DNA from: Octopus bimaculoides
Taxonomy: Eukaryota
DNA length: 64,000 nt
Assembly (NCBI RefSeq): GCF_001194135.2
Contig: NC_068992.1
Span: forward strand, 66,450,851-66,514,850
Direction: 5' to 3'
This document shows positions 26,052 through 40,511 of this stretch, one piece after another. Position numbers and translations under genes: made by a program. Position 1 is the first letter of the stretch; each line of letters starts with the position of its first letter. Under the pieces are notes generated by a model. It was not told where the DNA came from and made no database searches. It saw only the letters and a list, made by a program, of their open reading frames with translations.

Positions 26052-26801
26052 GACGTTCTTTTGGTCCAACTTTGGCTTCGAGAAGTGCCGTGGAGCTTCA
26101 TCGGCATCCAACCACTGAGCTGAGCATCACCGGTTGTCATAAAGAATCCACTTTTCATCACAAGTCACAATCCGGTCTAGAAATAGGTCGTTCTTGTTGC
26201 GTAAAAGAAGGGAAGACGACACTTCAAAACAGCGTTTTTTGGGGGGTTGTCATTCAATTCGTGCGGCACCCATTTCTCAAGTATCTTTGTTTTTCCAATC
26301 TCTTTCAAGTGGTTGGAAATTGTCGTGTATGTTTTGTCTAATTCAGAAGCAAGCCCTCGAACAGTTGTACGTGGATTGACTTTGACTAAGGCTCTTATTT
26401 GATCGTTGTCAACATCCGATGGGCAACCACTAAGCTTATCATTTTCAAGACTCTCATCACCGCTACAAAATTTCTTGAACTACCATTGTGCTGTATATTC
26501 ATTAGTGATTCCTGGGCCAAACGCATTGTTGATATCGCAAGCTGTTTCAGCAGCTTTTTGGCCTAGCTTGAACTGGAATAAGAAAATTGTGCAAATTTGC
26601 TTTTTGTCCATGTTGTATTCAACGTTCCAGAAAAAATGGTCTAATTATTCAAAAAGAAAAAGACTAACGCGATCAGATAGAGTGAAAAACGGGCTTTAAA
26701 ATTATATACTAAATTCAAAGTAATTTAATGACAATTAATTTGAAAATACATCATTTAAAACCAAAATTTAAAATCCTGCAAGAACTTTCTTGACAACCTA
26801 A
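26052..26801 (-). mobile_element. Mariner (cecropia subfamily, Hsmar1-like) 5' half, pseudogenised
   Basis: ATG at 26611: MDKKQICTIFLFQFKLGQKAAET..INNAFGPG..W*FKKFCSGDESLE..KWVPHEL..FEVSSSLLLRNKNDLFLDRIVTCDEKWILYDNR*. TIR TA|TTAGGTTG at 26803/26801; truncated near 26052. Confidence 0.9.
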
Positions 26802-26894
26802 TAGTTGGGCTATGACCCTCTCTGTGACTTTCATCACCTGATTCAACAATTGGGTCTCAATTTCTTGTGTTGTTTTTACACACACTTACACACT

Positions 26895-26946
<52 letters not shown>

Positions 26947-28380
26947 CATGCTACAAAAGTCCTTGTGATTTTCAAAAAATCCTGTTTTACTTCCTGTTAG
27001 CCACATGTAAAGTAAAATGAATTTGGTATCATTTGAAGTCATATTGGCACCAAACAAAACTGGTGATGATAATTTTGACAGTCTGGTAATGAAATAATTG
27101 GTCAAGGACTGCTGACTTAGATGTTCCACTTGAGAAGATGAATTTTAATGATTGCTCTTGACCAAAAGTTTCTGACTTCAGCTCCACATGCACCTCTCTG
27201 TGTTCCACTTTTGACTATCCACCCTCTGACCAATTTGGGACACACCTACAACATCCTAGTCTAGCACATCTTGTTAGCATGATTCAAATATACTCCAACT
27301 GTCTGTTAACTTATGATTCATCTTACTGATTTGGCCTCTTGAAGATTAACATCTTATCTGTCACGTTACTCTTTTACAGTATGGCAGCTTGTATACAAAA
27401 TAATTACTATTTATAAAATAGCTTCTGTTAGTCATGAAGTTCTTTTTTCTTCTGCATCTTTCCTAAAAATTTCAAATTTGTTTACCACATTACGTGCTTG
27501 CGGGTTTCAGTTTTCACAGTTTGGTCCTAGATTACAGACAGATTTCAGGAATCTGTCATTGACATCCACACATGTTTATTTCTCGACCAATATTTCGTTG
27601 GTCTCATTATCTAGAAATAATCTTGACATAATGTTTCTTGAGATAAAGAGAGCTGCTCAACTTTACTGATATTCATCTTCTGTTGCGATTAGTGGAAACT
27701 GATAAAATTCCTTGCATGAATGTTGACAATGATACATGCAAACTGTCTTTCATTTAAATATTAGCATTAAAATGTTACATACGACCATCAATGTTGACAT
27801 ACATAAATTATAATGTTAGAACCCATTTCCTATCAGAATGAGGATTAATCACATGTGAAATATATTTAAAATTTGTGCAAGAGAACCAATAATGGTACAC
27901 CATCAAGAGGTTTACATAATTTTTAATGTTTGTGTGGCATAATAGTAAAACAAAGATTAAGAAAAATAATTTGTTGGCAAATGGCAGGAAATATGTAATA
28001 TAAATCTAATCTATTTATTGATTGATAGTAGATCTGTGGATATAATCTGATATATTTATAATGATCAACTTGATTAATTAGTAATATCTTTTGAATTATA
28101 GCCCTATTTTTGTACATTTGTTTTTTCAATTCAGATCTGCTTGGAAAATTGATTCTGTCACCATTTCTTTTTTGTTCTTAGTTTCTGTTTGCCATTGTTT
28201 AGTCCCAGATTCATGATCAGAGATGTTTTGGCCATGATCATCTCATTTTTTATCCAGACTATGTTATCTAATGTAACTTTCATTTTTAAAGACAGTTGAT
28301 ATCTCTCTCTCATGTGTGCGGTTGTTAAGTAAGACGACTTTCAGTTGACTACATTACAAAAGTAAAGAAATATGTATGAT

Positions 28381-28583
28381 GATAATTACAATCCTTTCTA
28401 ATTTTGGCACAAGACCTGCAATTTTGAGGGGAACCCCAGTACTTGACTGTAACTTATTTTATTGACCCTGAAAGGATGCAATGCAAAGTTGGCTTCTGCA
28501 GAATTTGCACTCAGAATGTAAAGAGCCGGTAGAAATGTTTTTAAGCATTTTATCTCTTGTGCTAATGATTCTGCCAGCTTGCC

Positions 28584-28592
<9 letters not shown>
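28381..28592 (-). mobile_element. SINE family A
   Basis: Reverse-strand homology to 4657-4870; head abuts (TAA)n. Confidence 0.75.
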
Positions 28593-28632
<40 letters not shown>

Positions 28633-29304
28633 TGATGATAATGTCATTAACAGGTGGACTTCCTATTTGACAAGATGGTGACTATAATTTGATGTAACCA
28701 ATCTACTATATTTACGTAGTAAATCTTGCATTTTATAAACATAATTCACTAATTATTTATTAGGCTGAGTGAACAGAGGTCTTTATCCAGCACACTACAC
28801 CCTAAATACATGCTTTTAACAAGGATACCTCCTACCTACTTATGATCAATCATTGCTGTTACACTTTATTAACATCACCAGGAAGTCTCCATATTTCTTC
28901 ACCTTCTTATATTTATTTTTGCAGTCACCACATGGAAAAGATTATTTTTTATTTTAGCACATGTTGAAGTTCCAGATGATATTTCCTTCTATTTATACTT
29001 TAGACTATGCAGTTCCATCTTCTTAGAAAGATACAAAATATTTCAAGTCTGTGATAAAACCAACAGACATTTGGTACTTGGCACATTAACAGTTCCAGCT
29101 CATTGAAATATTTTTTTATTTATAGTGAAACTGATCTAAATATTGCTTTGGTAAAGTTTGGTTTATCAGCTGTTGGAATATTTATTTATCCTCAAATCAA
29201 CATTAATCCACCAGACTTACAGTCAAAACAATTCTAGTTGTGACCATCCTGTCATGAAAAAAATTCAGGCCTTGTGCTTGGAGTAAACCAAATTATTATT
29301 ATTA

Positions 29305-29545
29305 AGGTGGTGAATGGCAGTGAGCTGGCTGAATGGTTAGCACTCAGGACGAAATGCTTAGCAACATTTTTCTGACTTTACATTCTGAGTTCAAATTCCA
29401 TCAAAATAGACTTAGTCTTTCATTTCTTCTGGGTTGATAAAATGAGTGCCAATTGGGCACGGTGTTTGATGTAATTGACTAGCTTTCTCCTATAAAATTG
29501 CTGGCCTTGTGTCAAATTTTAAAACTGTTATTATTATTATTATTA
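29305..29545 (+). mobile_element. SINE family A, inserted behind the tail of an older copy
   Basis: Full head-to-tail match; preceded by ggccttgtgc..(att)n of another copy at ~29262-29304. Confidence 0.75.
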
Positions 29546-30760
29546 TTTGTCTTTTTATGGTTTTTATGGTGCAAATAGTATCAGACAGAAAACGACTAAA
29601 AATGTCTGAGGCTTTCTGTCATATTTTTTGGATATAAGTTTGTTTAGTTTTTGTTTTTTTTTGTTTTTGGCTTTAGGTAAATGGTTAGATTAATGACATT
29701 GGTTGTGGTGATTTACACAACGAAGACTTCTTTTCCTGTTTCCCGTTTGCCTTTCAACCATTTGTGTGGTTGGGAGGAGAGATAAATTGGAGGAAAGATA
29801 GAGGAAGTAGTTTGATATTTGGAAATTACTTCCGTTGTTGTTGTTGCCAGCCTGGGAACCTTGGTTTTAGGTTAACAGCTACACACTGGAATTGGCTATG
29901 GAACTTGTGTGAAATCAGTGTGTTTGTGGTGGGGTGAGGTAAACCTGGTTTTTGGTGTATTACAAATACTTTTTAAGGAAATTTATCATTATTATAACTT
30001 GGAAGATGTTAGACAGAAGTGTTAAATGATTCAATTTTGGTCTGAATATTTCTCTATTTTGGTTATTTTTTTAGATTGCATTTATCAGTCTTTTACCTCA
30101 GACCAACCAGCTTGTTCTAATGGTGGGATTTGAATAAAGTGTGAAATCTCATTGTAAGCTTTTCAAATATTTTTTTTTTTATTCAGTCTAACCCTACAAA
30201 ACAACTGTTGTTATTATTCTAGGCCAGGGTTAGCTGGTTCCTGTTAAGTAGCAAACAAGACATATACCAATTTAGAACTTGCTATAAAGACATCAAAACA
30301 TTTATTTGCATTTTGGCTTCATCTATGAACAAATGGTGACCTGTAGACTATTCAACTGCTGATAAATTCTGTGTTATTTCATTACTTGCATTTGATGTGA
30401 AGTTTATAAGAGGACCATGTTTACTTTGTTTAAGTAGGTGATGGGTTAGCATGTCCTGCCTTCAAGCTGAATGTCAACATCTTATCCATTGGGTCATAGT
30501 GACCTTTCACTCCTGTGTGTTTCATGAAGCAGGAGCATCAGGTGCATTTTAAACCAGCAGCTGTAAAATTTATGTCTTTGATATACAATTATGCTTCTAA
30601 ACCATTTACATTTGAAAATTCCACATCTGTATCTCAAATTTTTTATTTCATTACTATCTTAAGTGGTTAATTAGTAGTAATTAAAAGAATTAATCTCTAA
30701 TGAACAACAGCTAAAAGATTCTATGAAATATAGTTTATCCAGTATTTTTGTATTCTTTTC

Positions 30761-30968
30761 TACTCTAGGGACAAGGCCTGAAATTTTGGGGGAGGGGGCC
30801 AGTTGATTAGATTAACTCCAGTATGCAACTGGTACTTAATTTATTGACCCCGAAAGAATGAAAGGCAAAGTTGACATCGGCGGAATTTGAACTCAGAACA
30901 TAAAGACAGACGAAACACCGCTAAGCATTTCGCCTGGTGTGCTAACGATTCTGGCAGCTTGCAGCCTC
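30761..30968 (-). mobile_element. SINE family A (CpG-rich, likely young copy)
   Basis: ggcggaatttgaactcag, gaccccgaaagaatgaaaggcaaag, ctaagcatttcgcctgg; CpGs retained. Confidence 0.8.
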
Positions 30969-31840
30969 CCAGTATTTTTGTATTAAAGAAGACATTAGAT
31001 AACTGTCAAACCCTCTTCTTTTGCTAATTTATTTTTTTTTTCATTGACAATAATCCAATAATTGGTTTTGTTTGTTATCGTGTTGTTATCATGCTTTTAG
31101 TCAAAAGCTGAAGTCCAATGTTTTCTGAAGCAAGAACTTTTGATGAATTGTGTTAGAACAAGTGGAGTAAGCTGTAAGAATTTATCTTCAGACTGTTGAT
31201 TCTGTTAAATGAATCCTAATGTGTTATGTTAGCAGCAATGATACCAACACCCAAGTCATTCTGAGTGGTTGTCAGAAGTTTAAGGGACAACTTTGTTTCT
31301 GGAGACTTATGAACATACAAGTCTCTCTCTCCCTCCTCTTGCCATTCCCATCTTCCATACCGTCCCAGCTGTTTTGGTAAGCACTGATTCCTCTTGGAAT
31401 GGTTTGTTTATTAAGCAATTTGATATATCCCATTATAGTTTAACTGTGACAGTGAGCAGAAGAAATATCTGAAAAGACTTGGCCATGTTGGAAAGATTTT
31501 CTAAACAGTTTAATAATTTGTATTATTAGCAAACAATAGTTTTTGTTGTTTAACCTTGAGTCAGTCTTGATTGAGTAGATCTATCATCTAGGACATTCCA
31601 AGTATGACCACACTATCTAGGAGTATCTAGGCAGGCTTTCATCATCTAAAGTATCCATTACCTTCTTTTAAGAGGTGAAGTGTTATTTGAGGAGGATATG
31701 ACTGCTATTTCTACCATATCTCTTGTTTAGTATTGCATGTTGAGGAAATTGTTGATTATTTTTATATGTTTCAAGGATGGCAGTTAATTCTTCCTTACTA
31801 CATCTTGTCTGTTAATAATTATCTCTTCCTTCCTTTTTAC

Positions 31841-32117
31841 CAGTGGTTCTCAACCATTCTTAATCTCTGGACCCCTTTGATTCCTATTTCACTTGGTCGG
31901 ACCCTCATAGTCAGTCTATGTATAAAAAAAATCCTATTATATTTATATAATTAAATATTATAAGGAATTGTATTAAAAAATGGTGAAAATATCTTGTGTA
32001 TTTTAGAAATATTAACCTATTTCTTGCAGACACAGTTTGAAAAATGTCATCTTACATGGACCCCCAAGGGTCACATGGACCCCCAAGGGTCACATGGACC
32101 CCGATTGAGAACTACTG
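31841..32117. mobile_element. hAT/Charlie-like MITE
   Basis: TIRs CAGTGGTTCTCAACC / GATTGAGAACTACTG; internal 19-bp tandem duplication at 32055-32102; no clear 8-bp TSD. Confidence 0.7.
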
Positions 32118-33482
32118 ACGTAAATAATTGACTCCACTATTTCTCCAAGCTGTTATCTCCCATAATCCTATCTTCAACTAGAGAAACAACAAAGAAACAT
32201 CAGATTATTATTATGAGCATGAACGGTGGATAGAATTCCCAGAATGTTAGAAGGCATAAGAGCTGGCAGTGTTTACTTTTAAGTTCCAGTCTCATCAATG
32301 TCATTTTATGTTTCAATATTGTAAAATCAATAAAATATCAATTTAGAAAAGGGTCAAAGTCCTGAATATAAAAAGTTTCAAAATCATTATTTTAAAGTGG
32401 CAGCACTGTTTCGTTTATTGATCTTCTGATTTCCAATTCCTCTGGAATCGATAAAATAGATACCAATCACTTAATAGATTCAATTCAATCAATATTTAAC
32501 CAATATAAAAAAAACCTCTCTCCTCACCCCCAGAAACTGATAATTGTTTAATTATCTTCCAGTCTCGTTTAACCAATTCATGGTGACAGCTGTTAAATGA
32601 TGGTGGTGATATTTTTCTTCACAAATTTATCATTTGTGTGTGTATTTTAATATTTCCTTCTCCACATTTCATTATTATCTTATAAAGAAATACTGTATTC
32701 CTAAACTAAAAGCCAAGTCAATATATATCTATCTTTAATGAGAAGTCAGTGGAAATATATTTCTCATAATCATTTTATTGAAATTTTAACCTAGATGTAG
32801 ACATTGTTGGTATACCCTACATTATTATTTCATAAATAAAGTTAGAATATTGGACTTTCAATTTTCTTCATGGTTATTTTATGTACACTGTTTTACAATA
32901 TGAAGGTTTTGAACAATGACTTATTTTTATCAGAATATTGTGTTTTTTGAATTGTTTTGAGTAGGTTTAACATGTTCAGCAAAGGGAAAACTGGGGGTAT
33001 AACATGAGTCTTTCCCATTGGTATAAATATGATATATGGTGACTGAAACCTCTTTCCAACCTTGGCTTGATTAAAGCTTACTCCTTACTCGAATATATTT
33101 GATATTTTCTGGAAATTGGGTTTCTGCATCAAGATTCATAAATGATTTATTAATCCCAAGTTAACAGATAGAATAGTTGGATTAAAGTTACAATATTTGG
33201 CCACCAAGACATATGAGACGAAATCAATTGTTCGCATTGATTTAGAACTGTTTGAAGCTGAAAATATTAAAATTAGTTCTTATTTTTAGAGATAGATGTC
33301 AGCTCCATACAAAGATTTATCTGTTACTCTGAGATTTTTCTATCTTATCTGATGTTCGAATATATTTCAATGCTTTGCTTTGTCTTCTATAGACTCTACG
33401 TATATTTCATTGATACAACTGCCAACCGAGTGACTTGGCAATGCCTTTAGCATTGTAAATCTTTTATTTATTAGATTTGTTG

Positions 33483-33523
<41 letters not shown>

Positions 33524-33575
33524 TGTGTGTGTGAGAGAGAGAGAGAGAGAGTGTGAGTGAGTATGTACATATATA

Positions 33576-33825
33576 TTGGGTTGGTGCATAATTGTGGGGT
33601 TTTTTTTCAATAAATTTTATTCAACAAAAACAATAACAACATGTAACAAAACCATCTTTAAATGATTGTTCTGGAGCATAGTCACCATCCACTTCAATTG
33701 CTGCTTCTCATTTGCTTGGCAGACGGTCAGACCGTTATTTAAAGTTGTTTTTGTTAAATATTGTTATTGTTTTTGTCGAACAAAATTTGCTGAAAAAACC
33801 CCACAATAATTATGCACCAACCCTA
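33576..33825. mobile_element. Mariner-derived MITE (250 bp) with TA target-site duplication
   Basis: TIRs ttgggttggtgcataattgtgggg / ccccacaataattatgcaccaacccta, with TA on both sides. The interior retains a transposase C-terminus on the minus strand (RLPSK*EAAIEVDGDY). Confidence 0.85.
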
Positions 33826-35229
33826 TATATGCATGTGTGTGTATGCCCATATATGTATACATGTGTGCATATAAATGTGTGTGTGCACATGGTTAATTAC
33901 TTAACCCTGCTATTTCCTGCTTGATACAAAGATTCTCTTTAATCTCTCCAATTTGTTGCCCAGGGCTGACTAAAAGCACTGATATTATCACTAATCTACC
34001 AGGCTGTTGTTACATGCTAGAAAATACCCTATCTTGGATCTTGAAAGTGCAAATGGAGAAATATCTGAAAGTAAAATACACAGAAACAATGACCGAAAAT
34101 TCTTTGGTAACCTCCACTCCTGTCATGATTCTGATTCTTAGATATTGCAGTTGACAGTCTAGCTTAACCTGTGGTGTCAGAAAACCTAAGGATGACCTTG
34201 CATACCACCCACAACAAGATACTGCTGATTAGAGACAGTAAAGTACAGTTATCTTGATTGGTTGAGATATTTATTATGTCAGATATTTTGAGGAAAGTTC
34301 CGGTGTCAGCAGTTTTGTGTGGTTTCACTGTAAGACACATGAAAGATTTTTCTTTCTTTCAAAATGTTTGTAACCATTGGATTTTCTAGCTAGCCCCACC
34401 TCACTCCACCAAAATGTGTCACTATCAGTTTAGAAGTGAATTTATCTCAGCATAACTTGCCAGTTATTTTCACGGTTGCCTTAATTTTCTTGCTGGTTTT
34501 GTTAAATCTGATTCCATTTATTTGTCACTTATTAAAGAACCTGAAAAAAACAAAACAAAACAATATGAAAACAAATCTCCAAATCAAACCAATAAAACTT
34601 CAAAACCAAAGCAAAACCGTTCTATGTCATTGATATTATATATCTCTCTCTTTCTCCAGAGAGCTATCAATATTAAAGTTTATTCCTTTGTACATTAATT
34701 TGTTTGATTCTTTGTTTTTGAGAAAATAGCTTATTGAGACACTTTTAGCTCATCTTGATGTTTGAATAAACTGGAGTTAAAGTGAAGTGAAACGGTATTT
34801 ATAATTCTGATGCCCATAACATTGATGGGTTGATGTCATTGAAACTGTAGCAATTACTGAACTGAAACTGAGATGAGTTTGAAGAATATAAAGAAGAAAA
34901 AAAATATAAAAGAATGGTTTTGGTATCATAATAGCAAACATCTGTTAGTTGTTTTGCTATGCATAGGTTCCCAGAGCATCAAGCTGTTTGTCGAATCATT
35001 TGGGCAGACATTTAAAAAGTAAAAGGAAAAGAAACAAGGAGACATAAAAAATAGGGTCTTGTTAAAATAATATGAAAAACATAGCAGTGGACCTTAACGG
35101 CATATTTATCTGCCATTGTCTACTTAAGCTTTTAAATTTTATGAACATAGGCAGTCCATTTTTAAGGTCTGAATCATTGACATGGTTTATCCAAGGAACT
35201 TCAGTAATGTTAAAACCTGGAATTTGATT

Positions 35230-35357
35230 CTCTGTCTGTCTGCCTGTCTGTCTGTCTGTCTGCCTATCTGTCTGTCTGTCTGCCTGCCTGCCTGCCTGCC
35301 TGTCTGTCTGTCTGTCTGTCTCTGTCTCTGTCTCTCTCTCTGTCTCTCTCTCTCTCT
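35230..35357. repeat. Compound (TCTG)n/(CCTG)n/(TC)n microsatellite
   Basis: Read directly. Confidence 0.9.
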
Positions 35358-36567
35358 CACCTCCACCCCCACAATTCATTAAGGATCTTAAACAAGTTGC
35401 ATTTTNNNNNNNNNNNNNNNNNNNNNNNNNNNNNNNNNNNNNNNNNNNNNNNNNNNNNNNNNNNNNNNNNNNNNNNNNNNNNNNNNNNNNNNNNNNNNNN
35501 NNNNNNNNNNNNNNNNNNNNNNNNNNNNNNATATATATATATATATAATAATAATAATAGTAATAACAATAATAATAATCTGTAAAATTGGTCTAAACTG
35601 TCTGCTTAGATCTGCTATCCCTCAATCATCAATGGCTCAAAACCATATTCCCAAACAGATTGTTGTTCTAATCCGTTCATTTGATTAGTTTTGGTTCTTT
35701 TGCATTTTTATTATAACCCTAACCCTAACCACCACCTTCATCGCCGCTGCCAACATCACTATCGGCAGATTTGTTGTAGCACATAAAACTGCAAATATGT
35801 TTTGTCATGAATTGGATTTAAAAAAATGTCCTCATTTCTATCTAATTTATAATGGAAATTTGACTCCTATTTCTAGCAGGGCCAGGGACCGTATGCAGAC
35901 ATCCTGGCTGTGTTATTGCTTAGATCCATGTCTATCCTGATTTGTTCCTTCGTGTTTTATGGCTATGAGATAGTAAGGGAGATTTGGTTGCTATTTCTAG
36001 CAGCATTTTGCTGTTCGCTTGTTTTCCCCTAGGGAAAATATTTTACATTTCAGAGAGCGTGACTGTTGTAAGGGAGATAACTCCGATCAACTTAATAGGT
36101 CGCTCTCTTTCTTGTGTGCGTAAAGAGAGGAAGAGAAAGTGTGTGTGTGAGAGAGAGAGAGAGTTCTGAATGAAACATTTTAATTGTAATTTAGCTCTAG
36201 TAATTTGATAATTAAAAATTATGAGGAAAAGCTGCGTGTCAAAAGGAGTTTTTATTTCTTTTTAACGTTGCTCAGATTATGTCCGTATTAACCTAATAAA
36301 CTAACAACTGTCAACTTTACGTGGATCTTGCTTCGCCGGCCCCCCTCCCTCCGCAACGACTCGTATTCCCCAAAGTAGGGAAAGTTATTTAAAAAACCCC
36401 AACAAAAACACTTCCCATTGAGTATCAGAAGTGAAGGGGATTGTTATGACTGTTATCTTTTGGTTATGGAGAAGGTTATCTGAGACGTGTATATGGCAGG
36501 TTACCTGCTGGGGAAGGATCGCTTTCCGAAAGACATAAACACTATTATAAAACTAATTTACTTAAAA

Positions 36568-36730
<163 letters not shown>

Positions 36731-36999
36731 CAACCTCATATATGCACTTCCCTTTTGCTGGTTCAATGGTTTTGAACAAAAAGTGGATATTTGTTTAAAA
36801 AAAAAGAAAGTCTACAGTGATTCGTGGCATCAGACAAAATACTTTGTACTATTTAGTAACAGCTCCTTACATTCTAAGTTCAAATCCCAGCAGAGTTGTG
36901 TTTCGCCTACATTCCTCTGGGGTTGCTAAAGTAAAGTACTGATGTGAATGAAACTATATTAAAAAAATTTACATCTGGATGCTTCTTTCTTTCTTATTT

Positions 37000-37410
37000 T
37001 TTTACATCTCTTTTTCCATGTTAGCATGGGTTAGACGAATGTGTTATTGAGGCATTGTTTTCCAGCCAGATACCCTTCCTGATGCTACCACTTGTTTTTC
37101 AAGTAAGGGATCTCTCATTTCAGACAGCTTTGAAGGCTCGAAGCGAGCAGATTGTTTATTGACAGAAGTGACAACACCACTTGAAAGTTATGACTTGCAT
37201 CTAAACGAGCGCAGATGTAAAGGAACACACACGCGCACACACTCACACACACACACACACACACACACTCACAAAGCTTCTTTTTAGATTATGTTTACCA
37301 AATATACTCACAAGGTTTTATTTGACCTAGAGTTATAGTAGAAGACACTTGCCTGACATACTGCATGTTGGGACTGGACCTGAAATCACATGGTCGGGAA
37401 GTGAACCTCT
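37000..37410 (-). mobile_element. SINE family B head joined to an RTE-type tail
   Basis: Head at ~37270-37410; (CA)n; tail with ccagatacccttcc and ccatgttagcatggg. Confidence 0.6.
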
Positions 37411-39681
37411 TTACTGTTTTGCTGAGGAAAGAAGTTTTATATACCAATCTGTTCTTTTGTTGAGGAATGTCATGTTTCTAACTATATTTTGCTGAGATGT
37501 GTCAAGTTTATTGAGGCAACGTGACTAGGAGAAGATATCAATTCTATTTTTTGGTAGACATTCAACATAGTTCCTGGAACAACCAGGGGATTTTATTTTA
37601 TGGTGAAAGGGTTTATCACACAGTCATGTCTGCTTTTCCTAAATAAAAATTCCCATGACCGTTCAATGGGTCTGTGGGTCACCTCTAAAAACTTCCTCAT
37701 TATGTAAGTGTATCATAGACAACAAACTAGTCTGGGGTAGCCTATCCCTCCCCTGGTTATGGTGGAAACCCATAAGGTAGGAGGAAACACACTAAGTGCA
37801 CTGAAATCACTTTAAACAAAAATCAAACCTACTTACCTCGTCTACTTAACTATATTTCTTCCATGCCTTCTTCAGCCAAACCCTTCCTTAATCATTTTGA
37901 GAGTTGCCTTGCCTTTTAATTTTTTATATTTTAGTCAGACTTGATGACTTATTTGTTAGGTTGAGAGAAGTATCTATATTTTCTTTTTGTTTTTTGTTTA
38001 ATTTTTTTTTAGACTCATGGTTGGGAGATCAAGATAAGGGGAGGGGTGAACTAATGAAGGAGCCTGCACATGGTTGCTATATATGGCAGCCAAATTCTCT
38101 TCAAACTATCTTATTTTCAACCAATATATCCAGAACTACATTGCATTCAGTACACTCTGTGAGGCCTGATGGACATATTTCATCATGGCACCAGCACTAG
38201 TGGAGTTGGCTTGTACTCCTTAGGAGTAAAGAGTCCCCACTGCTCTATGATATTCATTTGGTCAAGGCAGCATGACAGAGAAAGTGAATAGTAAATGAAG
38301 TCAGTATCAGAAAAACATGAATGAGTGGGGGAAAAAGATCAAAAGTATGATGGGGGGGGGGTGAGAGGGCAATAGAGGAGGATGAGGAGGAGGGAAAGAA
38401 TAGAAGTGGACAATGGTAAGAATAAATGATGGAAGGGTGTATCAAGTACAAACAAATCTAATGTAATCTCTTATACTTAAGTTTTGAACTGGATGACATT
38501 GGTAGAATTAGGCCCAATATCTTTCCCTGTTAAGCAGATGGTGGGGCAGGGAGGTGCAGTCAGCTAGGTAGGTTCAGTGGCATCCCTAGTTTTACACAAG
38601 CAGTACAGTTCAGTAATGGTTAAATATTTCAAAAGAAAAAGAATTTGTCTTTGCAGCTTTTTCAGAATAATACTTTGAGCTATAGGTTCAGACCCTTTGC
38701 TTTATGTAAGGATATTGGTCCACTCACCTGGCATTCCTGACCTAAAAGTCCACAGGTCTCTGATATTCAAGTGGTTAAAAAGTATCAGTGGAAGAATCAT
38801 GATGTGAATGTGACCCTGACCCCTAAAGGCTGAAACACTTGCCTGAGGGGGTTTTCTCCTCTGAAGACCTTCTACTGTTCAGCTGTCTCTTGAGAGTTTC
38901 TTACCGATAGGAGAATGATCATCCAGATAGAAAAAGTAGTTGCTCTAATGTGTGAATGAAGTGTAAATGTTTAAAATTTCGGACATCTTTTTTCATACAA
39001 ATAAAATTTAACAATTAAGGAGAAAAGCTGAGATATTTTCTGAAATGTTTCAAACAAATGTTAGTAATTCTATTATTTTTCCATTGATTGTCAGCAATAT
39101 TTCTTCTACATTTGCTACATTCTTTGAACTCTGTGAGCAAGTGTTGTTAACCATTTTTATTTTGGGGAAAATATTGATTTCTAACTTAGGCACCATACCA
39201 CTTTAGTATAAAATGAGGAGGTGGTGTAGCTAATAGAATTAACCCTCAGTATATTACAGTTATTTCATCAATGCTTCAGGGATGAAAGATAAAGTTGATC
39301 ATGATGGGCTTCAAAGTCAGAATACAGATGGACAAGACTGAAGACAGCACAACATTTAACCTGTTTGTTCCATTGTATCTGCAAACTTGTTCTGCTTTAT
39401 GGAAATGGAATATTATTAATGACATTAAATTTTGCCAGTCTCATTGTTGCACAACTTAAAGGCTTCCACAAGCTCTGAAGGAAGAACCTATTCTGGGAGC
39501 CATAAAGTAATTATTACAATGATTTTGTTTCCTGGTGTATAATGCAATAATAAACTAGCTTTAGGTGTAACCTTGTTTATGTTCGGTTCTTGTTGATTTG
39601 ATCATCTTGGGACTTCTTACTACAAGTGTGCTTTTATATCGGATGAAATTATATATATGTGTGTGTGTGTGTGTGTGTGCA

Positions 39682-39754
<73 letters not shown>

Positions 39755-40425
39755 GTCCATGCATGCACACGCATACACACACTCTTGTGTATTTGATGCT
39801 GTCTATTGAAAATTAAACTCTTTTGCAAGGAAATGCAATATAAATAGAATTTGATTCCAGTCTTCTGATTTCCAGAGCACTTGTTACTTTCCACTTCGGT
39901 GCTCCACTTGTAGCAGAAATGGAAGTTGTTTTGTCTCTCTTCTCATCTGCTCTGCTTCCTTCCAGCTGTGATTAGAAACTGTGAGTATTGACTGGAAGTT
40001 TGGTACCGCATTGATTCCAGTATTGGGATTCTTGAGGAGACATATATTCTGGTGATGTGTTTTAGAGGTAAATGAGATGTGGCTAATTAACAGGGGGAGA
40101 CCGAATTGATTATTTTTTTGTAAAAAAAAAAAAAAAAAGAAATAACTTCAATGTTTTCTGTCTTTTACAACTTTTCTCTGTGGATGACAAGAGAACTAGG
40201 ATGATAGGAATGAAAGGGTGATGGAAGAGAGGTGGTGACTAGACAAGGGTTGTTGGTAAGGTGATTGAATAGAAAGATTACTGAGAGAGTGATAGAAGAT
40301 TGACTAATGGAAAATGGAGAGTGAGAATGATTGGTGGCTACATGATGGTTGAGTGATAGGAGAGAGAGGGGAAGAAAGATGAAGAGAGAGAATGATGGAT
40401 GTCCATAGTGACTGATAGAGGAAGA

Positions 40426-40511
<86 letters not shown>

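Noticed and set aside
35714-35730. (TAACCC)x~3 as a telomeric or interstitial telomere feature
   Set aside because: Too short; such short tracts occur inside dispersed repeats or by chance.
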